NCBI RefSeq assembly: GCF_006345805.1
Contig: NC_043004.1
Coordinates: 97,836,001-97,900,000 of the forward strand
Length of the DNA: 64,000 bases
Direction of reading: 5' to 3'
From: Octopus sinensis
Lineage: Eukaryota
This document shows, in pieces, positions 1-13,599 of the stretch. The position numbers were made by a program, and so were the translations under genes. The notes below the pieces were generated by a model, which was not told where the DNA came from, did not search any database, and saw only the letters and a list, made by a program, of their open reading frames with translations. Each line of letters begins with the position of its first letter. Position 1 is the first letter of the stretch.

Positions 1-551
1 TATATATGTAGGTATATAAATCTATAAACACACATACATATAAACAATTACGTATGACTGTATATGTATACACGAGCATGTAAGTATTTGCAGATAAAGT
101 ATAATTACGGCTATGAATAAATAAGTGCATTTATATATACATATAAATGCGATTATGAGTGTGTGGATGTGTGTGTTGTGCTATATTTAACTAAATACTA
201 AAAGTGATTGATTCCAAAGATTTAAAATCTCTTATTAAATCACTCTTCAGAAGAGCATGCTGAAATCACCCAACCAGACATTACTTTACGTTCAAAATCC
301 ATTGAAGGAATCTACCTTTAAAAAGCAAGCTTTTTATTAAGAAACTAATAAATTATATGGCACAGATTAAGCAGTCTATACGCTAATAACTAGTACCATT
401 TCTCAATTTAACAACACGCAATTTATTATATTAATGAAATGCACTCAAAAGCACCAACTTCATAGAAAAGCTCATTCAGTATTGTATATTAAACGAATGC
501 ATATAACACTTGCATGTGTATGCATATAAATTTATACACATATTAATATAT

Positions 552-593
<42 letters not shown>

Positions 594-639
594 CTATATG
601 TATATGTATGTATACATATGTATGTATTTACGTATATAT

Positions 640-691
<52 letters not shown>

Positions 692-1915
692 AATATATAT
701 ATATCTGTGAACATTTTGTGTGTGTGTGTGTTTATGTGAATGAACATACATGAATCAAAATAGAGTGCTCAAAGCAACTATAGAGTGAATAGTGTGTATT
801 CAGAGCTTTCTTGTATAATTAAAAAATACGTTACCCAGAATTTAGTGTGACGGGTATTGAGCCGTGCAATAAGCGGATATTATGATAGTTTTTCATTCTA
901 AGAGGGACAGGCTCATATGTGATATATTCAGTCATGCTCTAGGTAATGCAAGAGATGCAACTGAGTGGATCCCAAGTAGGCCTGAACTGTTTAGGTTTGT
1001 TATTATTTTATATTAACGCGGAGGTTTGTACATTTTTCTATACCCACTATATAGCAAAGGGAAAAATAAAAGAACATTCTAAGGTAATTAAAAGAATATC
1101 GTAGAAGATTGACATTTGGGTAAAGTGGTGTGAGAAACTGATATGACTTACATAAGTTAATTTGATGAATCAAATAAAAAACAAAAAAAAAAAACAATTT
1201 CAATAAGTCAACAAAGAGGTGTCCGAAGTTTAATTGATACGAATTTTCAGAATTTAAGAAATGAAGTATCGTCAAGTCAGAAGTTTATGGAGTAAAGAAA
1301 GTAAAGATAATGAATATTTATGGAGGGAGATGAATGTTTATCTCGATGAACTCTGAATTTTCAAAATTTAAGCAAGAATTTTTCGGTGAGCAGACATTTC
1401 TCAAAATTTCAGATTAAGGAAGTTTTAAATAATTTTGCTAAAGAGCCCTTTTTGTCTGAGTATAAACTATGAATTTTTGTGCCATTTATATAGTGTTACT
1501 TCATTCTGGGATCTTCCATTAGATAGCACAGTTAATGTTGTACACATTAAGCACTTGATATAATTTGATAAAACAATTTTGTGTCGTTTTCAGCTAACAA
1601 GAGATTTGCTATTGATGAGTAATACGTCAACTTTAATGTTTAGGTAATATGATTTTTTGTATTGGTTTATAATGAAGTGCAATGATTTCTGTTCAAGATA
1701 TACATTTTATGTGAGGCTTGATTATTTATAATTGGCGTATTATTTCATGTATTTAATACATGGTGTTTGTCTCTTTATTGCTCTGAGGTTGGTCTGTTAG
1801 GTTGTTTGTAAAACAGTAGCTACATTTCTCTATCAAACATTTCGTTTGTGGAAGAGAGATTATATGCTTTTCTAATCTGAGATTTCACAACTGATATTTC
1901 GTATCTGTGCGAACA

Positions 1916-1947
<32 letters not shown>

Positions 1948-1949
1948 CC

Positions 1950-2829
1950 ATAAAGTTGATCCTTGGTACCTCTGCACTTACGCTTGCAACCCTTCTGCTC
2001 ATGTGACAGGATTCCATTTTTTCCAGATGTTCGTACATTGACCCCGCGAGTTTTCCAGTCAATAACTTCCACATAAGTGACAAACAGGATATCGGCCTGT
2101 AATTGTCTACCGTATTGCCTTTATCGAAGTTTTCCAGGCACAACACTGTCCTATCCAATGTCAACCACTCTGGTGTTACTTGGTCGGCATTTAACAAGGT
2201 GTTGAGTTGCGCAGCCATTCGTGCATGAAATTCACCAAATCGTTTGATCCAGTAGCCTTGAACTAGAGCTGGTCCCGGGGCCTTCCAGTTGGTAATTTGT
2301 TTGCTAATTTCCTTCACTTCCCTAACTGTTTGGGACAAACTACTATTTTTTTCAGTTTTTGCAACCATTCAGCATCCTTCTTGTGCTCCTTATCTTTGTT
2401 CCAGATGTCACTCCAAAACCTTAGGCTTTCAATATTATCTGGTATCAACTTTTCATCTGTACACTCTCCATTTATTTCTTTATAGAATCTCTTCTGATCT
2501 ACTCTGAATAACCTATTCTGCTGGAAACTTTTCATTCTTTGGCCGTATCTTACCATCTTTCCTTACTTTGCAGTAAGACGCTGTTTCAGTTCCTCCACTA
2601 CTACTTTCAGACCCTTTCTTTCAGTATTATACTTTTTTTCAGCAAACTGTATGGATATCGACAGGCTGGAGCCGGACCAGAATCTCTGGGTTTACCGGGT
2701 GTAACACTGCCACTATCATTGACTTCAGTTTTATTAGCACCGTTATTCACAATATTTTGCTTTTTCATGGTCACTCATATGAGGTAGCGATTATCAGGTT
2801 GCGCAATTACCGTTTTTTTATTGTGTCAC

Positions 2830-2830
<1 letters not shown>
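1950..2830 (-). mobile_element. Degenerate R4/Dong-clade non-LTR retrotransposon fragment (N-terminal region and start of RT)
   Basis: Frameshifted minus-strand ORFs 2314-2556, 1820-2368 and 1872-2072 give FWSDIW, NWKAPGP, NYRPISCL and EQKGC..GTKDQL, typical of the RT0/RT1 region of R2/R4-group LINEs. 5' side abuts (ATT)n at 2831; 3' side is cut at a (TA)n run. Confidence 0.85.
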
Positions 2831-2897
<67 letters not shown>

Positions 2898-2911
2898 TAT
2901 TATTATTATTA

Positions 2912-2973
<62 letters not shown>

Positions 2974-2988
2974 GTTATTATTATTATT
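2831..2988. repeat. (ATT)n microsatellite
   Basis: Direct reading. Confidence 0.97.
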
Positions 2989-3062
2989 CAGGTCACTGCT
3001 TGGAATCGAACTCGGAATCTTAGGTTAGTAGCCCGCGTTCTTAACCACTACACCATATGCCC
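2989..3062 (-). mobile_element. Minimal tRNA-derived SINE / tRNA pseudogene with (TAA)n tail
   Basis: Minus strand GGGCATATGGTGTAGTGGTTAAGAACGCGGGCTACTAACCTAAGATTCCGAGTTCGATTCCAAGCAGTGACCTGA-(TAA)n has an A box (TGGTGTAGTGG) and B box (GAGTTCGATTCC). Acceptor and T stems pair poorly. Confidence 0.75.
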
Positions 3063-3140
3063 GTAGGCATATGTTAGATAAAGACCCCTTTCGGTCATGA
3101 TTGACCATGGGATTGCACCTAGAAAGTTACCCTCTGAGTT

Positions 3141-3199
3141 ACGGAGTGGCATGGAACCAGACAGAGTGGCACGGAACCAGACAGAGTTGCATGGAACCA
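3141..3199 (+). repeat. Three copies of the 20-bp unit ACGGAGTGGCATGGAACCAG (same family as 6973-7535)
   Basis: Direct reading. Confidence 0.85.
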
Positions 3200-3818
3200 A
3201 GCAAGTTTGTTTTGTGGAAGACCAGCCACCACCCCTGCATAAAATCCTTCCCTTTCCATGCCACCGAAGTGTCTCACTCCAGAACACAACACAAAGCCCA
3301 CTCCAGGAATCGAGCTCACTTTCATTTATGTAAAGATGGTAATATGACGTGAAAGATATTTGACTACTTTTTTAATTAGTCATGCAACCATCAAGAAAAT
3401 CTCTTAGCTGAGATATACACAAGAGTTTGTAGGTAATTCTTGATGTAATCTGAGGAGTTCAGGTATTTGCAGTTAGGCTTTAATAATATAATTTACAATC
3501 ATTACATGTCTAAGTGGCTACACAGTTTTAGAGTTTTGATTTTTGTGTGATATATGTGTATGAAGCACTGATGTAGCAGTCATGTAATCAAAGGAATTCC
3601 AGCTATGGCCAGCCCATTTATTTTTCAGATATAAGGGATTGCATAACGCAATATAGTTTACATTTCAAAATAAAGATATAGGTGTGATTTGATGGAAATT
3701 TGGTTGCTACTTCAAGCAGTCATGCAACAATGTAGAATCTCCTCATATAGGATTACATAGACGCTCCCTCATTACCTCAAGATGATGATAGTATTGATGG
3801 TAGTTTATACATACATAC

Positions 3819-3867
<49 letters not shown>

Positions 3868-4454
3868 ACAAAGAGATGAATGGTAGCATTTGAAATCATT
3901 AACCTAAAAATGTTAGTCTGGCTTCTCCATACTCCATCACCTTCCACACGCCATTATATAATATACAGACATATGGATTATAGAAGCTGCGGTGAAAGCC
4001 CTGTTGTATTTGTTCTGACAGATGATATAATTCATGGACAACATGGCAAGACTGTGTAGGTCAGGTGTTATATTATCAATGCAAACAACCGTGATAAGGT
4101 TAAAACAGTGTTTCAAGTAATATGTAAAGTGTTCTGTCTGCTCAGATAATCTACGGTACATCTGATTGGCTGCTCAGTGGGATGGATAAATAGTCCAAAA
4201 CTATAGATAGTCTATGTGTGTGCTTGCATGAGTAAGGCCTTGTGCGAGTCGTTCTGTATGTGTGAGCATGTATGCGAGTATGTGGGTTTGTGTGCACGCA
4301 TGTACATGCTTATGTATGGATGTGTTTGTATTATATACATTTAAGGGGAGAAAGACATCAAATGTATAGCAGTAGAGAGATAATTAACAAAATGGTTACA
4401 TATTCCTTAGAATATGTAAATGGGTGCATACATGCATACATACAAATATATGCA

Positions 4455-4544
4455 CATTTATCTATCTGTCTATCTGTCTATCTATTTGTCTGTCTGTGTA
4501 TTTATGTATGTAACTATCTATCTGCTTGTCTACCTCTCTATTTG

Positions 4545-4609
<65 letters not shown>

Positions 4610-4700
4610 GTATTTATCTATCTATCTATCTATCTATGTATCTATTTATCTATCAATATATATATATCAAAGCAATTTATTTATTTATCTATCTATCTTC
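4455..4700. repeat. (TCTA)n microsatellite
   Basis: Direct reading. Confidence 0.95.
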
Positions 4701-5375
4701 ATATATACATATATAATAGATATATGGGAGATACATACAAGTACACAGACACACACACACACACACACACATACACGTATATACATAATCACACAGTTTC
4801 ATTTAAATGCACAGATATTCATACAAAATTTGTATGTACATACATAAATATACAGAAATGTCAAACAACCGTCTACATACTTGTCTAACTAACTAGAAAT
4901 GTGTGTGTATGGTGTATGCCTATGTACTTGTATTTTTGTATGTATATAAATGTATGTATATACATGCACACACAAAACTATGTATCATTATTTATAGACT
5001 GAGGTATAACATAATTCTTATGGCATACCAACTGTTATGGAAGATATCAGATTATGAAAATTATTCATGGTTTAATGGAAGATAAAATACACACATACTC
5101 ACACTCACTCACATATGTACACAGGTATACATACATATACACGCTACATATACATGCTTATATAAGTAGCACTTTGACTATTTACATTTCAATATGTATA
5201 ACTTATATATTAATATATTTAAATCTATGGAACAGTTTATAAATATTTTATCTTCTTTACGTTTACGTGCACTTTCATATTAAATAGATATACTTACACA
5301 TGCACATGCATATATATGTGTGTGTATATATATGTGTATATTTATATATATTTATATATACACGCACACATATAA

Positions 5376-5413
<38 letters not shown>

Positions 5414-6379
5414 ATATATATATGTTTATATATATGTGTGTATATTTATATATATTTATATATACACGCACACATATAAATATATATATATATATATGTG
5501 TGTGTGTATATATATATATGTATGTTTATATATATATGTATATATATATATATGCATGCATGTTTATATGCATTTATATATATATGCATGTATGATTATA
5601 TATATGTGCGTGTGTGTATATATATGTGTGCATGTGTGTATATATGTATGTAAGTTTATACACACACACATACACATAATAAAGTTAGATCCTGTTATAT
5701 AATTTTCGCAAATATCTGTATTATGATATGAACTGTTTATTAATAATGTTGTTTAAGCGCAAAATTATGATGTCTATTAACCACTCTTTTATCATAATTG
5801 TAATGAAATAGAACAAACTGGACACTTTGGAGTTGTGAACGTGAGAAGAATGGTTCATTGATTTTCGATTCCTCAGTGCTTCACTAAACCTTCTCCGAGA
5901 GTAATTGTCTTTTTTTTTATCTTTTAAATTTGGGTGTTTATGGCTGGAGCAGAATTTAAGACTTTTGCAGGTAATCCTTCTCTTATGGAATTAATACTAT
6001 CAATATACTGCTGCAATTGTTGCTAGTCAACACTTGCAGGATAGATCTGAACAGGAAAAGAGAAACAGAGGGATTGCATGCTGGGGAAGAAGGACTGAGT
6101 TTAGTGACAAGTGCAATGCCAGTGTGAAGAGAAGATACAAGCAAGTTGATAGTGTCTAACTATATGTGGTGCCCAGGCCAGCAAGATTCAGTGAGCAAGG
6201 GTCATTAGAGTAGTAGCAGAATACACAGAAATCAGCCTGATTGTTGATTAGACTGGAGTGTGAGTGATTTTATACTTGTCACTTGAATAGTCTTAGCATG
6301 GACGTGAGTTTGAGTGACATGTCAACACTTGAAGGTGCTTTTGGGGTCTCCGATTTTGAAACTACTGCAGGCTTGGTGT

Positions 6380-6840
6380 TTATATTTCTCGACTGTTTGT
6401 GGATGATATATGTTTGAGGGAATATTTAGCAAAACAGAAGAGTAGATGCACCTGTATGAAGTGTAAGTATTACTGGATGTGCCAACAAGTAGGTCATTGA
6501 TGTATAGATAAGAGAAAGTGGTTGAGAAAACTAAACCATGGGGCGCATCATATTTGATAAAGTGTTGGATAGAAAGCGCTCTATAAACATCTGCTGCAGT
6601 TGTGCGGTCTGAGATGAAGCTACCAATTTAAGAGAAGGAAGATGAATGGAACCTATAGAATATTTCAATTGAAGGTTGAATACCAGACATGACTGAAAGT
6701 TTTGCTGCTGTTGAGTGCAACAATATTGCTTTCAGAAGCATATAAATATATGAGAGGTATGAGGTTGTCATTTAGAATAGTAAAATATATGGCTGGTTTT
6801 TAAAGGATGTATGCAATAGTTTGGTCTTTCACCTAGACTT
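6380..6840 (-). mobile_element. Ancient, heavily mutated CR1/L2/Jockey-group LINE reverse transcriptase relic
   Basis: Manual minus-strand translation gives LNSSKTFSHVWY (cf. LDISKAFDRVWH), SFISDR and APHGLVFSTTFSYLYINDL (cf. GVPQGSVLSPTLFLIFINDL). Many stops and frameshifts. Confidence 0.65.
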
Positions 6841-6972
6841 TCTCATCTCCAGTAAGGCTGACAGCTAATATTTCCATTGAATAGTTTTAAGTTGATGGGT
6901 GCAGGAAAAACACAAACACATGCAAGATGAGTTTTATTCAAGGGGAAAAGTAGATGGAGGAAGGACTGAACA

Positions 6973-7535
6973 GAACGAGACGGAGTGGCAGGGAACCAGA
7001 CGGTGTGGTACGGAACGAGACGGAGTGGCATGGAACGAGACGGAGTGGCATGGAACGAGACGGAGTGGCATGGAACCAGACGGTGTGGCATGGGACCAGA
7101 CGGAGTGGCACTGAACGAGACGGAGTGGCACGGAACGAGACGGAGTGGCATGGAACGAGACGGAGTGGCACGGAACGAGACGGAGTGGCATGGAACCAGA
7201 CGGTGTGGCATGGGACCAGACGGAGTGGCACTGAACGAGACGGAGTGGCACGGAACGAGACGGAGTGGCATGGAACGAGACGGAGTGGCACGGAACCAGA
7301 CGGAGTGGCATGGGACCAGATGGATTGGCATGGAACCAGACGGAGTGGCATGGAACCAGACGGAGTGGCATGGAACCAGACGGAGTTGCATGGAACCAGA
7401 TGGCACGGAACCAGATGGAGTGGCATGGGACCAGATGGAGTGGTTACGACATGTGCTGCAAGAACCAGATGGATGGTGTCTAGAAAGCAGATGGAGTGGA
7501 CACAATATGTGCTGTAAGAAGAAGAGTGGCACATG
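6973..7535 (+). repeat. 20-bp GC-rich minisatellite (GGAAC[C/G]AGACGGAGTGGCA[T/C]), about 23 units plus a degenerate tail, with a 120-bp higher-order repeat
   Basis: 7081-7200 is nearly identical to 7201-7320. The stop-free unit explains the overlapping ORFs on both strands. Confidence 0.95.
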
Positions 7536-8159
7536 AGTCGGTAATGAGTGAATGGAAATGAGAGCAGACCAACAAGCTCTGAAAACTAAAGGTCATTGGC
7601 ATACCAGCAAAAAGGAAAAAAAAAAACGCAAGGGAAAGAGACAGCATATCTATGGACAAAGGGGTTTTGTGAAATGGAAAGTGACTTTATAGCAATAAAT
7701 TGAGTGGGCTTTCTTTGGATATATTCTAGGATATCAACATGCTCAGCAGCAGCTCTATCGCCATTGTAAATGTAGAACTCTTCTTGGGTCTCACCTGAGC
7801 CTTTAGAGCATTAATAGTTGTTGGAATTTGAAGCATTTTTCTGGTAATAGTTTTTTCTATTTTTACACTTTATATCTCGATTGGCAAGTATTGTTGTATA
7901 TCGATTTTCAATAGGTCAAGCCCTGGTTCACTGCATTTATGATAGTGAGGGAGATAAGGAATTCTGTAGACAACTTAGTATGGAGAAAAACTAACCTATT
8001 AGAAAGCACAGAAATTTTCAAGTTTGTAGCCAATACTGACATTGCCCTAATATATATTGATGGAAGATACCTAGACATAAATTCACACAGATATATGCAC
8101 ACTTATATATGCAACTTTCTTTCTCTCTAGTCACTCTCTCTCTCAATATACATACATAT

Positions 8160-8263
8160 ATATATATATAGAAATATATATATACATATCTATCTATCTA
8201 TCTATCTATCTATATCGATATCTATATATATATATATATACATACATACATACATACTTGCAT

Positions 8264-8296
<33 letters not shown>

Positions 8297-8847
8297 CATA
8301 CATATACACATATATATATATATATATACATACATACATATACATATATATATACATACATATACATATATATATATGTATATATATATATGTATATATA
8401 TATATGTTTATATACATACATACATACGTACGTACATACATACATACATACATACATACATACATACATACATACATACATACATACATACATACATACA
8501 TACATACATACATACATACATACAATACATACATACATACATACATACATACATACCATACATACATACATATATATATACATACATACATAATACATAC
8601 ATACATACATACATACATCATACATACATACATACATACATACATACATACATACATACATACATACATACATACATACATACATACATACATACATACA
8701 TACATACATACATACATACATACATACTACATACATACATACATACATACATACATACATACATACATACATACATACATACATACATACATACATACAT
8801 ACATACATACATACATACATACATACATACATACATACATACATACA

Positions 8848-8880
<33 letters not shown>
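8160..8880. repeat. (TA)n/(CA)n/(TACA)n compound microsatellite
   Basis: Direct reading. Confidence 0.97.
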
Positions 8881-9039
8881 CGACGACGATGTACGAGAGT
8901 TCTGACCCTGCTGAACGACCTGCGCAAATGATTCGCTTAAAGTAATTATATTTCCGTGCCGCGTAATAGCCCACACTCTCCATCAAATTGACGCTTTCCA
9001 AACAGTTTCATTGTAGATCACGTGTTAGGTGTCGATGTG

Positions 9040-9157
9040 ATTGCAAAACAACGTGAGATGAAGTGTTGTGCGCAAGACACAACGCACTACCTTGCCTATG
9101 AATTGAAATCACGATCTAGCGATTGTGAGTGCAACAGCTTACCTCCTTAGCCATGCG
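9040..9157 (-). mobile_element. Degenerate tRNA-derived SINE head
   Basis: Minus strand GGCGCATGGCTAAGGAGGTAAG...GATTTCAATTC resembles A/B-box SINE heads. Confidence 0.45.
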
Positions 9158-9788
9158 CCCTCACACACACACACACACTCACATATATGCACACATTAAT
9201 ATATCTATGTATGTATGTATACATACACACACACATATATATATATATCTACAAATAAATAACAGCATATACTCATACATATACATGCATTTATGTAGAA
9301 ATATATATAGAAAGTATATCATTCAATTTCGGTAGTGGTCGAATATGTTCTTAGGTCCACCATTTCATCAATCGCAGCAGCTTCCAAGCTTTACCACTAA
9401 TTCAGTTTTCAAGTAAATTGCAAACTGTTAACAGTTTTAAAGAGAACACATCCTCAGTTACACATTGGCATAAATAGTTTGAGATTTGGTTCAGTAGAAA
9501 AAAAAGTTACATCAAAATATGTGCGACCACAAGAGGGGCAGCAAGGCAGATATTCACCTTCAATTATTATAATTTTTAAAATTTAAAATTAAAAAGTTTA
9601 CTTTTCTTAGGCCTAAATGATAGAAAAATGCATGAGGAATTCAGAATCGTTAGTCGCAATGAACAAAAATTAGTAGAAAAACAGTTATGAGGCAAATTGT
9701 TACGAACATTAATGTAAGGAAGTAAGGGAGTAACGCTTAAGCAATAAGAATAAAGAATATATTTCTAAAATGAATACTTCCATTCTAG

Positions 9789-10225
9789 GGCGCCGAGCCG
9801 GCAGAAACGTGAGTGCCCCGGACGAAATGCTTAGTGGTATTTCGTCTGTCTTTACTCTCTGAGTTCAAATTACACCGAGGTCGACTTTGACGTACAGATT
9901 ATTTAATTAATATTTTTTAACTAAACACTTTCAAACTTCCGATACTGGTAGAATATATCACATATAACAGGGTCTTTTCTTAACGTTTTTGACAAAATTT
10001 TGTATTTTAGAAGTGGTATCTCCTCTGTCTTTACGTTCTGAGTTCAAATTCCGCCGAGGTCGACTTTGCCTTTCATTCATTTCGGATCTGTTCAATTAGA
10101 CGTACAGATTAATTAATTCTTTAAAACTAGACACCTTCAAACTTCCGATACTGGTAGAATGGGTCACATAGAACAGGGTTTACTCTTAATTTTTTTTACA
10201 AAATTTTGTATTTTAGAAGTTATTT
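9789..10225 (+). mobile_element. Two fragments of SINE family A interleaved with a duplicated ~120-bp DNA-transposon-like segment
   Basis: GAGTTCAAATT..CCGAGGTCGACTTTG occurs at ~9860 and ~10040. The segment GACGTACAGATT...AAACTTCCGATACTGGTAGAAT...TTTTGTATTTTAGAAGT occurs at ~9890 and ~10100 and resembles the interior of the MITE at 44979-45402. Confidence 0.7.
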
Positions 10226-10335
10226 CGTCAGATGTTACAGAGTGACAATGGACAAAATCGTGTTTGATAAGTGCTAATACACGAAACTCTCAGCTTTTGA
10301 CTTACTCTCTAACTTCTGCCGATGATGTATATACA

Positions 10336-10709
10336 TCTCTCTCTATATAAACGGCAGTTTGTCTGTGTGTGTGTCTGTTAGGTTGTACCCTCACCCTGAC
10401 CACGGCTTTCAACCGATTCTGATGAAACTTGATACACACATAGCCCAATGTCATAATTCAAAACTAACGCAGCGAAAAGTTTGAAAAGTTTCCCCAGTTC
10501 TGAAAAAAATCGATAAATTCGACATGGGGTCGAGAATCAGAAATACAAACCACAGACTGTCTAGGGGACGCAACTCGACCTTTTAACTCTCAAAAAAAAT
10601 TTACCATCATTTTTTTCCATTTTTTTGCTATTTTTTGGCTATAACTCTCTAAAAATGCTTTATAGTTATTTCCCTTACAAACCCGAGCAACGCCGGGTGA
10701 TACTGCTAG
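10336..10709 (+). mobile_element. Non-autonomous Helitron
   Basis: Inserted A|TC...CTAG|T. 5' end TCTCTCTCTATATAAA; subterminal hairpin ACCCGAGCAACGCCGGGT (10681-10698) just upstream of CTAG. Confidence 0.8.
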
Positions 10710-11960
10710 TATTACATATATGTGTAAAAAAATGTTATCCCGCAATCGAATCAATGAAAAATTCTCTACCCGGTCGCTCGACACGCTAAAAATAGCAGCC
10801 AAAGTATCCCTCTACTTAAATCGCACGCCCATTGTATGTAATGTCCTAGATTATCCCTAAAAAGACGGTTTGCTGAAGGCTGGAATATCTTTGACGATAG
10901 GTTTGCAGCTTCAGTGTTAATTGGAGGCTAAATTACAACATTATGGTAAATTTCTATATTAACACCTGCACGATTTTCACTAAGAAAAGAATTTGATTTT
11001 TTTTGCGTGGAATCAAGTACCGTGACCTCCTATTATGCTGCAAATCCCTTATTTTGGTTCGGAAAAAAATGAGGTGGGGGGGTTTCCCCCAATCCCGGAA
11101 TCATTGGAATTTTTATTTCGTCGAATGAATTCCTGTGACCTCCTAATATTGCAAAATTAGATTACTTAATGTGAGCCTGGTAACTGATGGTTTGGGTGTC
11201 TTGTTGTTTTTAACAACATGGTAAAAATCCCTGCTATTAATTTGGTGTGGACGGGTAATATCAAATAATTCAATCACGACATATATGTAAATTAAACATG
11301 AACAAAATTGAAATATTATCATCACTTACAAGGAAATATTGAAATGTTATCTTACAGTATTTTATAAGGTAAAATTTTAAATTATTAATTGACACATTAT
11401 TAATTATCTTATAACAGCAATGCCTGGAAAATCATGGATTACATGGTAAAATGCGAGCAGGAAAAGTAATATTCTTAAGATTATAAACCTTGGAAAAGTA
11501 GAGGATAAGCATTTACACCTGTAAAAGTATTGGACAAGCTATTACTTCAAGTAAAGTAAAGAATAAGAAACTTTTTACTTAAAATATTGCAGCTAAAATT
11601 AAAATTTGAATATTAAAACTTATTTTATCATAGTTTACAAATAACACTATACTTATTTAAGTAGAATTTGGCTAATTTACTACCTTAAATACAGAAAAAG
11701 TGACTAATTAGACAAGCTTACAAATTAGCTGAACAGTTTTGTACAATAAATTTAAAAGATGAGAACTGTAAAGGGTGATAAATTAGATGAACTGGCATTC
11801 TTTGCTGCAATATTTTAAGTAAAATGTTTCTTATTCTTTACTAAAAATAATTGCTTGTCCTATACTTTTACAGGTGTAATAACTTGCCCGGTACTTCTCC
11901 AGGTTTATAATCTTAAGATTATTACTTTTCATGCTCGCATTTTTCCATGTAATATACATA

Positions 11961-12175
11961 TAAGAAGGGGTACTGGAAAGTTCCTGGCTTCAAGGTATCG
12001 TGAAAGGCCTGGTTGGAACCAAACATTCAAGTTTTTTTCTCAGGGCTTCGAAAAACTGAAGGATCACTACAATACGTGTGAAACTGGGAGATAAATATGT
12101 TGAATGAAATCATAACTGATCCTCCTGCATTTTCTTTTACCCGAAAGACATGAACTTGTCATCCCCACACATCGC

Positions 12176-12177
<2 letters not shown>
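11961..12177. mobile_element. Degenerate mariner-derived MITE
   Basis: Ends resemble imperfect inverted repeats (..GGGGTACTGGAAAGTTCCTGGCTT / AAAGACATGAACTTGTCATCCCC). A related end is at 37095-37255. Confidence 0.55.
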
Positions 12178-12223
<46 letters not shown>

Positions 12224-13197
12224 CTAGACTAGGCTACCCGCGACGTGTTGGGTCACTGGGAAAGTCTGTGTTTCCTCGCTACGGAGTTTTGTTTTCTTTT
12301 CCAGGTTATTTCGCATACTTTCAACGAATGTGACATCGAAATCACGCGTAAACGGCTCCTTTCCTCAGAAAAGAAAGATCTGGCTGTTGTTTCTTGCATG
12401 CCGTGCTACCATGTAACAGGTATTTCGGGTCCTTTATCGCAAATAGCTGTTACGTGGTAGCAGGGCATGCTAGAAATAGCAGCTAAATCTTTGGAGTTGT
12501 GATACGTTGAATGTATCTCTTACGTACAAATTCACATATACAAGCACATGTCCATATACAAATATCTACAAATACATATACATACGCATACACACCTACA
12601 AACATACATTCATATAAACACACGCGCACACAGATATACATATATATCCATACATACACACAAACACACATATATATGCACACACACATATATATATATA
12701 AACACTCATATATATATATATCCACATATATATATATATTTACATACACATGCATGTGCAACCTACTTACATGCACTGAATGTACGTATGCATACACACA
12801 CACACACATGTATGCGTATATCTACACTCGTACATTTGCACACATACACATTCCCGTTTAGATCTATGCATCTCTACTACCTCGTTAGTTTTTCAAGCAG
12901 TAACTATTTGTTGGCACATTTTAAGAATATGCAGCTGCATTGCAAGGTTACGTATCTGACCAAATAAGAACATCAATATCTGTACACAAGTGCATAGTTT
13001 TGCCTTTTTAGATAATTCATCTGCTGCGTCAATTTACAGACTCAACTTTTTTATATGGATGTACCTTATGAGACCTAGACCACAAAATGTATGCAGCACA
13101 TGTTGAACGGAGTCACACCCATAATGATGGATCAAAACGACAATCGTTCAAAATAAAGATTAATTCAAAATCCAACTTCTGGTTACTTAAAAAATCA

Positions 13198-13229
13198 TTA
13201 TTATTATATTATTATTATTATTATTATTA

Positions 13230-13263
<34 letters not shown>

Positions 13264-13284
13264 TTATTATTATTATTATTATTA

Positions 13285-13316
<32 letters not shown>

Positions 13317-13353
13317 TATTATTATTATTATTATTATTATTTTATTATTATTA

Positions 13354-13390
<37 letters not shown>

Positions 13391-13541
13391 TATTATTATA
13401 TTATATTATTATTCTTATTATTATTATTATTATATTATTATATATTATTATTATTATTATTATTATATTATTATTATTATTATTATTATTATATTATTAT
13501 TCTTATTATTATTATTTATTATTATTATTTTATTATTATTA

Positions 13542-13578
<37 letters not shown>

Positions 13579-13599
13579 TATATTATTATTATTATTATT
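13198..13599. repeat. (ATT)n microsatellite
   Basis: Direct reading. Confidence 0.97.

Noticed and set aside
2989-3062. Functional tRNA gene
   Set aside because: Acceptor and T stems do not pair and there is no poly-T terminator; treated as a SINE or pseudogene.
6843-7536. Six overlapping ORFs with repeats such as GTRRSG..DGVAWN.TEWH; CRISPR-like appearance
   Set aside because: Produced by a spacerless 20-bp tandem repeat, so neither a CRISPR array nor a credible gene.
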